From a virus: a stretch of 64,000 nt of DNA. Position numbers and translations under genes: made by a program. Positions 40,520 through 51,000 of the stretch are shown here, piece after piece (the first letter of the stretch is position 1; each line of letters opens with the position of its first letter). The notes under the pieces were generated by a model. It was not told the DNA's origin and searched no databases. It worked only from the letters and a program-made list of their open reading frames with translations. Location of the stretch: the IMG/VR virus record IMGVR_UViG_3300037470_000672, positions 32,001-96,000 of that record. One strand, written 5' to 3'.

Positions 40520-42751
40520 TCAGGACACACCCGGTCCGCGGCTGATGAACATCGGCATGTAGAGCACATCCACTGTTGTGGCGACGCCGTCAGCGCCTTG
40601 AACGATGCCGACCTGGAAGACAACGCGGTTGTTCGCTCCTGCGGGGATGGACGTGTCTACCTGACCCGCCGTAGTCGACAGGTAGCAGGGAAGGCCGTTG
40701 AAAGCCGACGCAGGGGCAGACACGAAGCGAATCGGAACCAAAGACCCTGGCGCGGTGTAAATCTGCGCCGGGTTGCCTGCCGTCGCTGCCGCTCGGGTCA
40801 CGCCCGTTACCAGCCCATCGGATAGTGTTCCGGTGTCGGCATCTGCTAGGCCGACGTCTCCGTCAGATTCGATCTGTACGACGTCTCCTGCCGTCAGCGT
40901 GTCGTTGGTCGTGAAGATGAGACCGGCGCCGCCTGCGATGTTGCTGAACTGCGGAAGGTCAACCTTCTCCAACCCCGCCGTTGAGTCCAAGACGAGAAAG
41001 TCGTCCGCGCCGTCCGTGACGGTAAGCGCGGTCGCGCTCGCGTTGGGGATGGTGTAGGTCGAGTCATCTGCGGAGCTGAGCAACAGGCTGCCGCTCGTCG
41101 TAGTGCTCAGGGCGAGGTTGCCGGCGTCCGCCGTCACGTTGCTGGCGCCGGTGCCGTCAATCGAAAACGCACCGGTCGCAAGCATGTCGAACGTGCCGGT
41201 GACGTCGATGTCGAGGTTGGCGCCTGCGTTGATGTCGATCAATCCGCCGGCCGTCAGGTCGATCTCATCGTCCGATGAGACGAGCACGTTGCCCGTACCT
41301 GCCCCGGCGTTCGTGGCGCTGAGAGTCAGGTTCTCCGCACCGGCGCTGTTCCCGGTGACCGTCAGGTTGGAGCTGGTCACCGCGTCGAGGGAGATGCTCG
41401 TGGTGGCGTCGACCGTTACCGCAGTCCCGTCTACGTCTACGTTGACCGCGGCGTCGATGACCACGTCACCAGAGGTGGTCGTGTTGAGCGTCAGGTTCCC
41501 GGACGCCGCCGTGACGTTGGACGCCCCTGTCCCGTCGATGCTGAACGCCCCTGTCGCCAGGATGTCTACGGTCCCTGTGACATCGACATCCAGGTTGGCT
41601 CCGGCGTTGATGTCAACCAAGCCGCCTGCGGTGAGGTCGATCTCATCATCTGCGGAGAGGAGAACGTTCCCGGCACCGGCGCCTGCGTTGGTAGCCGCCA
41701 GCGTCAGGTTGATGGTCCCGGCGTCGTTGCCTGTGACCGTGAAGTTCGAGGAGGTGATGGCGTCCAGGGAGATGGATGCCGTGGCGTCGAAGAGGATGTT
41801 CGCCGCGTCTGCGTCGATGTCGCCTGTGGCGTTGAGGACTACGTTCCCGGACGTAGTTGTGCTGAGCGTCAGGTTTCCGGCGTCCACGGAGACGTTCGAT
41901 GCGGCTGTGCCGTCGATGGAAAACCCGTTGGTGCCCGACATCTGGACGTCGAAGACCGTCCCATCGAAGTCGAGCTGGGTATCGATGTCGATACCCCCGG
42001 TCGCAGTGATGAGGAGCTGCTCGGTGCCGGAGATGACAACGTCACCCTCAGCCGCCGACGTCGTGATCGTGTTGCCGTTTTCGTACGCTGTTTGGAGCGT
42101 TACCGCCGAAGCTGAGATGTCGGAGAACGACAACGGTGTAGAGCTACCGAAAGCGGTCTCCCAGGCGCCGTCCGCGCCTGCCCGCATGACGGACACGTTG
42201 ACCTTGCGGATCGTGCCCTGGGCTGTGTTGTCCGTATCGAACTGGTTCTGGGTGAAGTCCTCGTCCGTGGCGGTTGTGCCGATGCCGCGGATGGTCAGGG
42301 TGGTGCCGACGTGGCTGAGTACCTCGAACAGCCCGTTGTTCTGCGGATCGGCGGCGCCTGTGATCTGAATCAGATCACCAGCCGCGAACGTAGCCGTTCC
42401 TGTCGTGACCACCGTCGGGTTGGAGGTCGCCGGAACTCCGGCCGTGAACCCTCCCGCAGCGACGGTATCGTTCGTAGAGGTCGGAAGGTAGTTGACAACC
42501 AAGCCGCCCGTTTGGGCGGCCACCGTTTCGTACCCGCTGTTCAGGTAGAGGTGGTTATCGTCGAAGGAAACAGTCTCGGCCTGCTCCGTAACCATCGCAC
42601 CGCGAACCGTGAGGTTCGCGGTAATCAGTACATCGTTTTGAAGCTCCATCCGAGCACTGATCTGGAGATTGTCAGCCGCCTCGATGGTTCGAGGGAGAAA
42701 CGGCGCGGAGGCGTCCAAGATCTGGATGTTGTCTACTTGGTTTCCGGCCAC
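40520..42751 (-). CDS. 743-aa virion fibre/decoration-like protein with internal ~120-aa repeats
   Basis: Repeated FSIDGT..SNV..GNL.L.TTTSG units; C-terminal domain paralogous to 42760..43524. Confidence 0.7.
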   Translation of the reverse strand: MAGNQVDNIQILDASAPFLPRTIEAADNLQISARMELQNDVLITANLTVRGAMVTEQAETVSFDDNHLYLNSGYETVAAQTGGLVVNYLPTSTNDTVAAGGFTAGVPATSNPTVVTTGTATFAAGDLIQITGAADPQNNGLFEVLSHVGTTLTIRGIGTTATDEDFTQNQFDTDNTAQGTIRKVNVSVMRAGADGAWETAFGSSTPLSFSDISASAVTLQTAYENGNTITTSAAEGDVVISGTEQLLITATGGIDIDTQLDFDGTVFDVQMSGTNGFSIDGTAASNVSVDAGNLTLSTTTSGNVVLNATGDIDADAANILFDATASISLDAITSSNFTVTGNDAGTINLTLAATNAGAGAGNVLLSADDEIDLTAGGLVDINAGANLDVDVTGTVDILATGAFSIDGTGASNVTAASGNLTLNTTTSGDVVIDAAVNVDVDGTAVTVDATTSISLDAVTSSNLTVTGNSAGAENLTLSATNAGAGTGNVLVSSDDEIDLTAGGLIDINAGANLDIDVTGTFDMLATGAFSIDGTGASNVTADAGNLALSTTTSGSLLLSSADDSTYTIPNASATALTVTDGADDFLVLDSTAGLEKVDLPQFSNIAGGAGLIFTTNDTLTAGDVVQIESDGDVGLADADTGTLSDGLVTGVTRAAATAGNPAQIYTAPGSLVPIRFVSAPASAFNGLPCYLSTTAGQVDTSIPAGANNRVVFQVGIVQGADGVATTVDVLYMPMFISRGPGVS

Positions 42752-42759
42752 TTTTACCT

Positions 42760-44543
42760 CTACGGACGCCTTGACACGTACTGGGGTTGAATCAGAACAC
42801 TCGGAGCAATCGTGATACCGTCCGCACCTTGGAGCACACCGACCGTGAAGACCACGTTACCCGCTGTCAGCGGTGGGGTCAGACTACCGATTCCGGCCGT
42901 TGTGCTCAAGAAGACCCGCTGACCGTTCGCGGAGGCGAGCGGCGCGACGCTGAAGCGCACAGGCCCGAGGTCGCCGGACGTGGCGACCTGAACGGAGCTA
43001 CCCGCCAAAACGGCTTGGCGAGCACTCCCCACCGCATAAAAATTCCCTCCCGAAAAACTGGCAGCGGCGCGGAGCACCTCTCCTGCTGCGTCGATGGCCA
43101 CGATGTGACCCAAAGACAGAGCCTCGGCTGCAACGAGGACGACACCCCCTACGCCTCCTGCGATCCCGATCCAAAGGGCAGCGCTTGGGGTGGCGTCCAG
43201 ACAGATGAACACCGAGCTGGTCGCGGTGTTGTACCAGTGCGACCCGACCCCGTAGCCTTCGGTGCTGTCGTTGGTTGGGAGCGGATCGCTCGTCGTGCGA
43301 TTATCAAGCTGCCCGGATGTGAATGTAAGAACTTCGTCAAGGAAGTCCGGGACGATCTCGATGTCGATGTCCCCATCGACAAAGAACTGCTTGAGGTTCC
43401 GCGCGCCTTCGATGTCCGCAGGTAACCGCTCCGTAAGAAGTACTTCACCTGGCTCAAGAAACGTCTGGTAGACGCCCGCCAGGTGCTGTCGTTCAGCGCT
43501 GAGATTGGTGATGCGGACCCGCACAAGTTAGAGCCTCCGCAGCATCTCCGCGAGACGCTTACGCCGCTCTACTTCATCTTCCAAAGAGGCGACCACTTCC
43601 AGCTCCTTCTTGTCCTCTTCGGCCTTCACTCGCGCCTCCACGCGGGCGACGAGAGCTTCTTTCTCGACCTGCTTGACCTTCCTGACCAGGAACTTTGGGG
43701 GCTCAGGGAGGTAGGTCTCGTCGCCTGAGTGCTCAGGCCCGCCGCGGAACACGAGCAGACGCAGCGCGAGCAGGACGAGGCCAGAAATTGCAGCGAGCGC
43801 AGCCCAGCACTCCCAGCGCCGGGCCTGGTAGAACGCCTTGAGCTTCTTCCACATCACCACGCCTCGACGCGGAAGTCTGTACCCGCGGCCGAACGAACAG
43901 CGATGCCGGACTCATACCGCTGGCGGTAGGTCCGGGTCTCTTCGGGGAAAACTACACCGTGCACGGTTGTACCGTCGAACGAAATCTCCAGATTGTTGGT
44001 AGCGCCGTCGTTGCTGATCTGAAAGGTCCCAGCAGCGCGCCGAGAAACGATCGCACCCTGCGGCGGGGTTCCGGTCGGGGTGACGTTCCCTCCGCCCAGA
44101 GGAGGCGCTGGACGTGCCAGGCGACCGATTTCTGTCGGCCGGGGTTCAGATGTGCCGATGTCTCCGCCTGGTCGCACGATGGGCGTGGGGTCGACCTGAG
44201 CCTCAGCATCCGTGTCACCGATGAGCCAGGCGTTGTCGGCGAAGTCGGCTGTCGCTGTACCCGCTTGAAAGAAACGGACCGAGCGAACCCCGGACGGTGG
44301 TGTGGGGGGCCAGCCTGCGGGAAACGGCATGCTCTACTCCTCGTCGACGGGGACCTTCTCTATAGCCTGTTCCAGTAGTTGCGCAACAGACATCCCCCGC
44401 TTCAGAGCTGCCTTCGAGAGAGCTTCGTACGTTACCCGAGGGATGGCGACGAAGTAGAAGTCCCCAAGAAACGCCTCAGAGGCGCCTTGCTGAAGTTCCT
44501 CCTGCCCTGGCTCTGGTAGAATCGCAGGTCGTGCCCGTACCAT
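42760..44543 (-). CDS. Virion-region genes (42760..43524; 43528..43860 single-TM; 43854..44330; 44334..44543)
   Basis: Coupled ORFs. Confidence 0.6.
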
Positions 44544-44557
44544 ATCTCAGGTTCTCG

Positions 44558-45355
44558 TCAGGTCGTGGGATCTAGGATCTTACTCCTGGCACCGAGAGAA
44601 TACGGCGCCAAGCCGAAGTCGACAGGCGTGAGTGGCTGGGAACGCGGCGTAGGCGCAAACCGCACAGCTCCGTCTAGAGCGTCGGTTGCGGACGGGAAGT
44701 GTACCTGCCCTTGGTACTGCGCCGACTGAGCAAAGGCCATGTTCACGGCAACTATACGCGGTAACCCGCTCGGAAAGAACGCCTCAAAGGTTACGTCACA
44801 CAACGTCATGAACGCAATAATAGAGTCTCGTGCGGTAGACGAAGCTTGCCCCCCGTACAAGCCTATTCCGGAGTTGGGGAGGTAGAGCTTGACCTTGCGC
44901 GGAGCGAAGACCGTGGTGGTTCCTACAGACCCCTCCGGCCCGTACCGAGGAAGGATGTGTCGCCGGAGCCAGACGATAGCCGCGCGTATGTCGACGTTTC
45001 GATCAATGGCTCCGATGTTGGCTAGTGCTGCCAATCTAGCCGTGTTCACTTGCTGACCGGGCTGACCGCTAGCAGTGATCGTCAGGTCTATGTCTGTCGT
45101 GAAGACGGCCGTAAAGGTAATGAGCCGTTCACCGGTGCTCATCCACTGGTACAGCGGGAGGGTCGCCCCTGGAATCTCTTTGGGGTTGTAGTTGACCTGT
45201 TTTTGGTCGTTCAGCGAGTCGGGGAAATACTGGAAGCGCAGGAAGTCCCCTATCGGGGTGTCGTCCTGATCGTCCAGGGTCAGAAGAAGCGCATCTGCCC
45301 GCTTTTCGTTGTGAACGGGGTTGAGCGCGCTGGCTAGTGATCTCAGCGCGACCAT
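44558..45355 (-). CDS. Contractile tail tube/initiator-like protein
   Basis: FQYFPDSL.DQKQVNY; LPLYQW...GER.ITFTAVF; DVTFEAFFPSGLPR pattern. Confidence 0.55.
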   Translation of the reverse strand: MVALRSLASALNPVHNEKRADALLLTLDDQDDTPIGDFLRFQYFPDSLNDQKQVNYNPKEIPGATLPLYQWMSTGERLITFTAVFTTDIDLTITASGQPGQQVNTARLAALANIGAIDRNVDIRAAIVWLRRHILPRYGPEGSVGTTTVFAPRKVKLYLPNSGIGLYGGQASSTARDSIIAFMTLCDVTFEAFFPSGLPRIVAVNMAFAQSAQYQGQVHFPSATDALDGAVRFAPTPRSQPLTPVDFGLAPYSLGARSKILDPTT

Positions 45356-45370
45356 GCGTTCCCTTCTGGG

Positions 45371-46447
45371 CTACGCGGCTTTCTTCTTGCCGCTGGCCTT
45401 CTTCTTCTTTCCACGACGCCAGGCGCCGTACTTCTCACGATAGGCCGCGTTGTACCCTGCCTTGTAGGCGGGGTTCACGCTGAAGCGCTTGGTCTGACCG
45501 TTCGGACCGGAGCACTGGCACTGGTAGTTGGCGCATCGGCAACTCCAGTCATCGGTCTCGCCACGCGGTGTGCTCTTGTAGCCCGGAAGGTTCGCACCAC
45601 CGATGTCCGAACCGCCACGCGGTCCCGTAGCGTTGAAGGGGTTTTGCTCCTTCTCCGCCAGGCTTCGATCGAATTCGAGGAAGACTGCGCTCAGTTCTTC
45701 AAGAAGGTCTTCGTTCACGCTGCGACCCCATCAGCCGCCGCGGCTGGGTTTGGGTACTCTTTGAGCTTCGCTTCCCAATTCACTTCTTCTACACGGTATA
45801 CCGAAACGAGGCGAAGCTCAAACTCCGGATCTGCCCTCAGAACATGGCGGAAATCTCCACTTCGATCCGGGTTGAACATGAAAAACGTACCCAGTTTGCC
45901 GGTTCGGCGGTTCTTGGACAGACCGAGAAAAGCGCCGGGAGTCGCACGTCGGAGCTGCTTGTGCGCATCCGAGGAGCCGTGCGGAGCAAGTACCCCACAC
46001 AAGCGCTTCCAGTCATACCGTACAGCTTTGGCGCCTTTCCGAGCGACGAAACGATCGGCGCGAACGTGGCACTCCGTCAGGACAACGTCTGTCCCGCCTT
46101 CAGCTTGCACACCTACCACATGGTCTACCATGGGAAATTCTCGTCCGCCCGTACGGGCGGATTCAGCGGGCGCCTGTGATTGGCTTCCCCTCACCGAGGG
46201 CTTGCAGCGACGCTTCGACGCTCTCACGCAGGTGCAGCAGAATCTGCTTGGCCTCCTCGAACTGGTCGCCGCGGATGGCCTGGAGCGCGTGCCCGAGCGT
46301 CGCCTGATGCACCGAGATCGACTCGTAGGCGGTTTTCTTGTTCACCCCGAGCTGCTCGGGGGTCTTGGACAGACGCCAACCTGCGTAGGGGCCGTCCCCT
46401 AAGGCGACGCTGCGCATCTCTTCAAGGAGGCTGTTCGGGTTGCTCAT
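45371..46447 (-). CDS. Three small hypothetical genes (45371..45718; 45715..46131; 46163..46447)
   Basis: Coupled ORFs; GGAG RBS before 46447. Confidence 0.55.
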
Positions 46448-46459
46448 GCAGGCTCCGGC

Positions 46460-46562
46460 GTCTCGGAATTTCAAATATCCGAGCATCTGTTCATTGGTGC
46501 GGGCCATATCCACCGGATTGGCCGTGGTCTCGGAATTTCAAAGATCCGAGCATCTTTTCAAC
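46460..46562 (-). CRISPR. Orphan mini-array: repeat 46527-46562 (34/36), 31-nt spacer, degenerate repeat 46460-46495
   Basis: Direct reading; same repeat family as the 23989 array. Confidence 0.85.
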
Positions 46563-46564
46563 GG

Positions 46565-47395
46565 CTAAACAGCCGCGACGAACAACTCCTCGTTGTCACG
46601 CACGTCGGCCTGCGCCCCGATGCCGAAGGTCACGTCGCCACGGTTGACGAGGATGTTCCACTCCTCACCGGGTTCGAGACCATCGCCATCCATCGCCGAC
46701 TGGGACTTGCTGTGGTGGAAGTCCCGCGGGTGCATCGGCAACTCCACAGAAGAGCCGAACTCCAACGTGCCGTTGGCATCGGGCAGGTTCGCCGGCTCGT
46801 TGAAGGGGTAGGGGAGCGGATCCTCGCGCTGCCCGCCAGTGGCGAGACCGTCCTCGCCCAGACCCAGGCGGTTGAGGGTCTTGTTCGGATCCGTGGTATT
46901 TTCGATCGTAACGATCACGTCATCCTCCGTACCCCTGTACAGGGTGTAGGCGCAACAATACTCTCCGTCAGATCAAGGGTCAAGCAACCCCTAATCCCCT
47001 GCCATGGACACGATGACCACCATGTCCACCGTCCCACCGTTGTTCACGGTGAGGGACGTGATGCCCGGGTGGGTGACCGCCAAAAACCCCACCTTGGTGG
47101 TGCCGAGCGGGGTGACGGGAAGAACCTCGGCGCCGCCGTTGAGCGCGAAGTCGAGCTGCGTCGGGGTATCCGTCTCCGTCTTGGGGCTCGTCCGCACGTA
47201 GAGGAACTTCGCCGAGGCGATGCTGGGGCAGGGGATTACCTGCCCGGCAGCGCCTGCCGGGACGACCACCTTCTGGGTAGCGCCTTCGCCTAGGTCATCG
47301 GTCTGAACCTCGTGGGAGAGGTTGCCCAGGTCTTTCTCCTCCGCTGTGGTGGATGAGATGCCTACCTCGGCCTTGAAGCGGGCGCGTACGGACAT
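46565..47395 (-). CDS. Two virion-region hypothetical genes (46565..46918; 46991..47395)
   Basis: ORFs with RBS. Confidence 0.6.
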
Positions 47396-47407
47396 GGAGG
47401 GCTCCTG

Positions 47408-47994
47408 CTAAACGTCGGTGGCGTCAGACCACTCGGAGAGGGTCTTGAGGTAGGTGTAGGCTTGGGTGTGGGCGTTCGCGCCAGCCTTGTCAAAGGCAGT
47501 GAGCGTGTACGCCCACACCTTGAGCGGCGGATCGGCTGTCTTGGGGTCGACCTTGTAGGCGGTCGCCTCGGTCTGAGACCTGAAAGTCCCTAGCTTGATA
47601 GCGAGCGCACCGTCTCGCCCTGAGGCAACACGGAGCACCTGGTGGTAGGCGTTGGCCACCTGCACACTGCTGAGGGCGATGGTCTTCTGAAGAGCCATCA
47701 CACATCCGTGGTGTCAGCGTCGAAGCCTGACTGACTGATCGGGTCTTTGAGCCAGTCGTACGCTTGGGTGTGGATGTTGTCAGTCACGTGAGCCTTGTCA
47801 AAGGAAAGCAATGCGTATTCTTTCTTCTCGACGGGAGGATCCCCAGCATCCGCCTGCGCCTGTCCCACGTAGGAGCAAAGTGTAAAGCGAACCCGATCCG
47901 GGTGAGCTTCATCCCATCGAAGGTGGGTGATCTTGTGATAGGCGTCTGTGAGCTGGACACCCGAAGCAGTCGTGACCGTCTTCTGAAGAGCCAT
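47408..47994 (-). CDS. Two paralogous ~100-aa proteins, tail-fibre chaperone-like (47408..47701; 47698..47994)
   Basis: Both start MALQKT..., share AYH, FDKA and HTQAY..LK, and end TDV. Confidence 0.6.
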
Positions 47995-48005
47995 CAGGCT
48001 TTCTC

Positions 48006-51000
48006 CTATGAGTCCTTCGAAACCGTGTACCGCGCCACGCCTACCCAATGCGTATCTACACGCACGCCTGCATTCGACAGCGCCACAAGCCTCACGATCC
48101 AGTCCGAACCGATCGAAGCCGTGTAGGTGGCCAGCGTGGTGAACACCGTCTCAGTGAACGAAGCTGGCGCCCCACCAAGCTCGCGGCCTTGCTCCGTGAT
48201 TGCGACCGTCGATTCAAACGCACCGCCGTTCGGTCCGCCGTCGGATCCTTTAGCTGCAAAGAATCCTCGGATAACTATACTGTAATGGAGTGTCCGGGTA
48301 GCAGAGCCTTTGGCGGTACCTGATAGCTCAAGAACAAGGTCTACCGATGCGTTATCGGTGGCTAGATCGGAGAAAAAGAAGTTGTAGAGAACAGTTCCTG
48401 TAGCGCCATCCGCTGCCAGCGCCGTGAAATCTATAAACTCCTCGAAGAGTTGCTCGCTAAGCGTTGCGTCCTCTTGGAGGAAGATTTTGCGTCCGGCGGA
48501 CAGGGGTAGAGGTCCCATGTCTAGTGGCTTGGCGAATTCTACCTGTGCGTTGTTTGATGTCAGATCGCCGTCGAGGAAGGTATCTCCTGACACATTAAGC
48601 TGATCGTCTACTGTGAGGTCGTTTGTAACTTGGGCCGTTCCCGCAAAAAATACGTTTCTCACGCCGTAGAGGAGTGCCCAAGCCGTATCCAACCAGGAGG
48701 CTGCTGCCGCTGGGTTAACTGCAACCGCAAAATCAGCAGCAAGATGTGGCGGAGCGCCGCCGCAGAAGACAGCAAAACCCCCAAGGGCCAGGTCAGCCAC
48801 CCAATCTGCGGTAGCTTCACGCCACCGGGCGTTCTGGGTGATGACAAAGCCAGGGTCCGCCGTAGGGGAAACGGCTGTCCGGGTGTACAGGCGCACCTTT
48901 GCGGTCCCGGTGTCCATTTCCCAGAGCAGCGTGTATCGGGGGTCTACGGCATCTGCGGGAGCCGTGTCGGTGAGAATCCTAGGGGTTTCGTGGTTGCCTG
49001 CGGATCCGACCAGATCTCGCCCAAGCTCCGTCGTTTGGTCGGGGTTCACCTCCAAAGCGCGGAAGTCACCATTGATTGTCACGTCGTCCAGAAAATCCGT
49101 GAGCGCGACCCCGAATAACCCACCCACGTGATCTATCTCACGCAACCACGCCGTCTCGACAAAAGGGCTGGCCCCTGTGTGGTAGTCAACGCTCGGCCCG
49201 ACGCTTTTGAAGCTCCCGTCGAGATTGTGGAAATCGCCCAAGATGACGCGCGAGGACTCGTTACCGCCGACATCCTTGACCCACTGCGCTCCGGCGTGGT
49301 CGTACCGGGCGTTGGTGGTAACCGCCAGGGATAGTCCGGTCGTAGAACCGGCGGGGAAAAACCCGTAAAGCCGGGTGTGCCACACCGCCGCACCGTCGGC
49401 GTCGTTCTCCCAGAGCAGGGTCCACTGGTCAACCACCGCTCCGGCCCGTCGGGATGCAGTCAGGAACCGGGTAAGCTCGGCCTGCGCGTCAGACGAAACC
49501 AGACGGGTCAGAGAGAGGCGCGCGGTGTCGAAGGTGGGTTGGCTAGCGCTGACGTCATCGCCATCAACGCGAGCGTGCTTCAGCGTGCCGGACCCAGGAT
49601 CTCGAAGGTACGAGGCTTCGGGGTAGCCAGAGAAGTCCTCACCGCCGCCGAAACGCAACTCCTCCACGCTCGGGTACGATGAAGCCAGTCCTAGGAACCG
49701 CGCATCAGTAGGACGGCCCTCCCACCAAACCTGTACGCTGTCTACATGGAAAGCATCGCCAAGTGAGTTGAAAGTGATGTTATTGAAGAACACTTCGAGA
49801 TGAAGAAGTCTGGTCTGGGAAAACCCACTTACGTCGAAGACGTCTTCCAGGGTCCGGTACGCGCCAACTGACGCCGTCATTGGATCTATGATCCGAACGT
49901 CGACGTCCGCTGTACCGTCTGCTCCCGCCATCACCAACCGGAACTGCAAATCACCAGCGGCGGCTGCCTGGTCTACACGGACCCGGACACGGACACGTGC
50001 TCGCTGCCCAGAGATGTTCCTGACAGGGACCTGAAGAGGGTACAGCGCGCTAGAGCCGTTGAAGCTACCGGTCGACGTAACGACCCATCGCAGGCTTTTG
50101 AGCCCTACGTCAGCGTCGGGTGCGGATTCGTGGATCTCCCAGTTTCCAACGCCCGTTCCGCCAGGAGGTGGAATCAGGCGCCAGTAAAACGCCGCGCGCT
50201 CGTACACCGCGCTCGACTCCGCACTTTGAAAGTCCCCGTTCTGAAGGAGCGGCGTCCACAGCGCCCGATCGGTCCCCTCGTTCTGGTAAGCAGCGCGACG
50301 CTCCAAGGCGCGCACATCCGCAGTCACAACCGGCACAGCGCCGGCTGGCACATCTACCTGTCCCACCACCACGAGCCGGCGCTGGTCGGCTGCGGAGAGG
50401 GCGCTGAACTCCGCCTCGGTGAAAGACTGCACCTCGAAGGTGGTGGGTGTAACGATCGTGTAGTCAGGTACCAAAACGAGGAAGACTGTCGTACCTGCGA
50501 GGGCTGCCAGGTCGATGTTGAACGAACCGACCACCCGCACGGCTACGGCAAATCCCGTGTCGGTCAGGCCGATGGCGTAGCTGTCGCCGGTGTCCGGGTC
50601 CGGATCGAGCTGAACGGTCTGATTGAACGCCCCGTTGGGTGCGAGGGTGAAGCCTCGGTAGACGCCGGCCGGCGCCTCGATTGCCTGTTTTTGGTTGAGC
50701 CCGTCCGTCGCCCGAACCTGGTTCAGGCGCATGTTGAACTCAATGTCGGCAAAGGTGTGGACGATGGTAGGCACTGCTGGTCCGCTAACTCTGTTCGGCG
50801 AAGACGGAGAAGTTTACAAACAAGGTGGAGGCGAAGTCACGGGCGTCTACTTGAACGGGCGCGCCTGCTCCTGAGATATCCCATATCTCGATGTCGAAGT
50901 CTGCCCCGGACTGCGATTCGACGGTCGCGATCAACAAAGAGGGTGAGATCGACAGGTCTACCTGGGCCTGCACTTGGTAGTCGTCGCTGCTGCCAATACC

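Noticed and set aside
1871-46562. A general 5-bp TSD or TTN PAM rule for all solo repeats
   Set aside because: Only the tRNA copy shows a TSD. TTN at the equivalent offset is seen at 3343, 8098 and 10138 but not at the others, so a general rule is unsupported without empty-site alleles.
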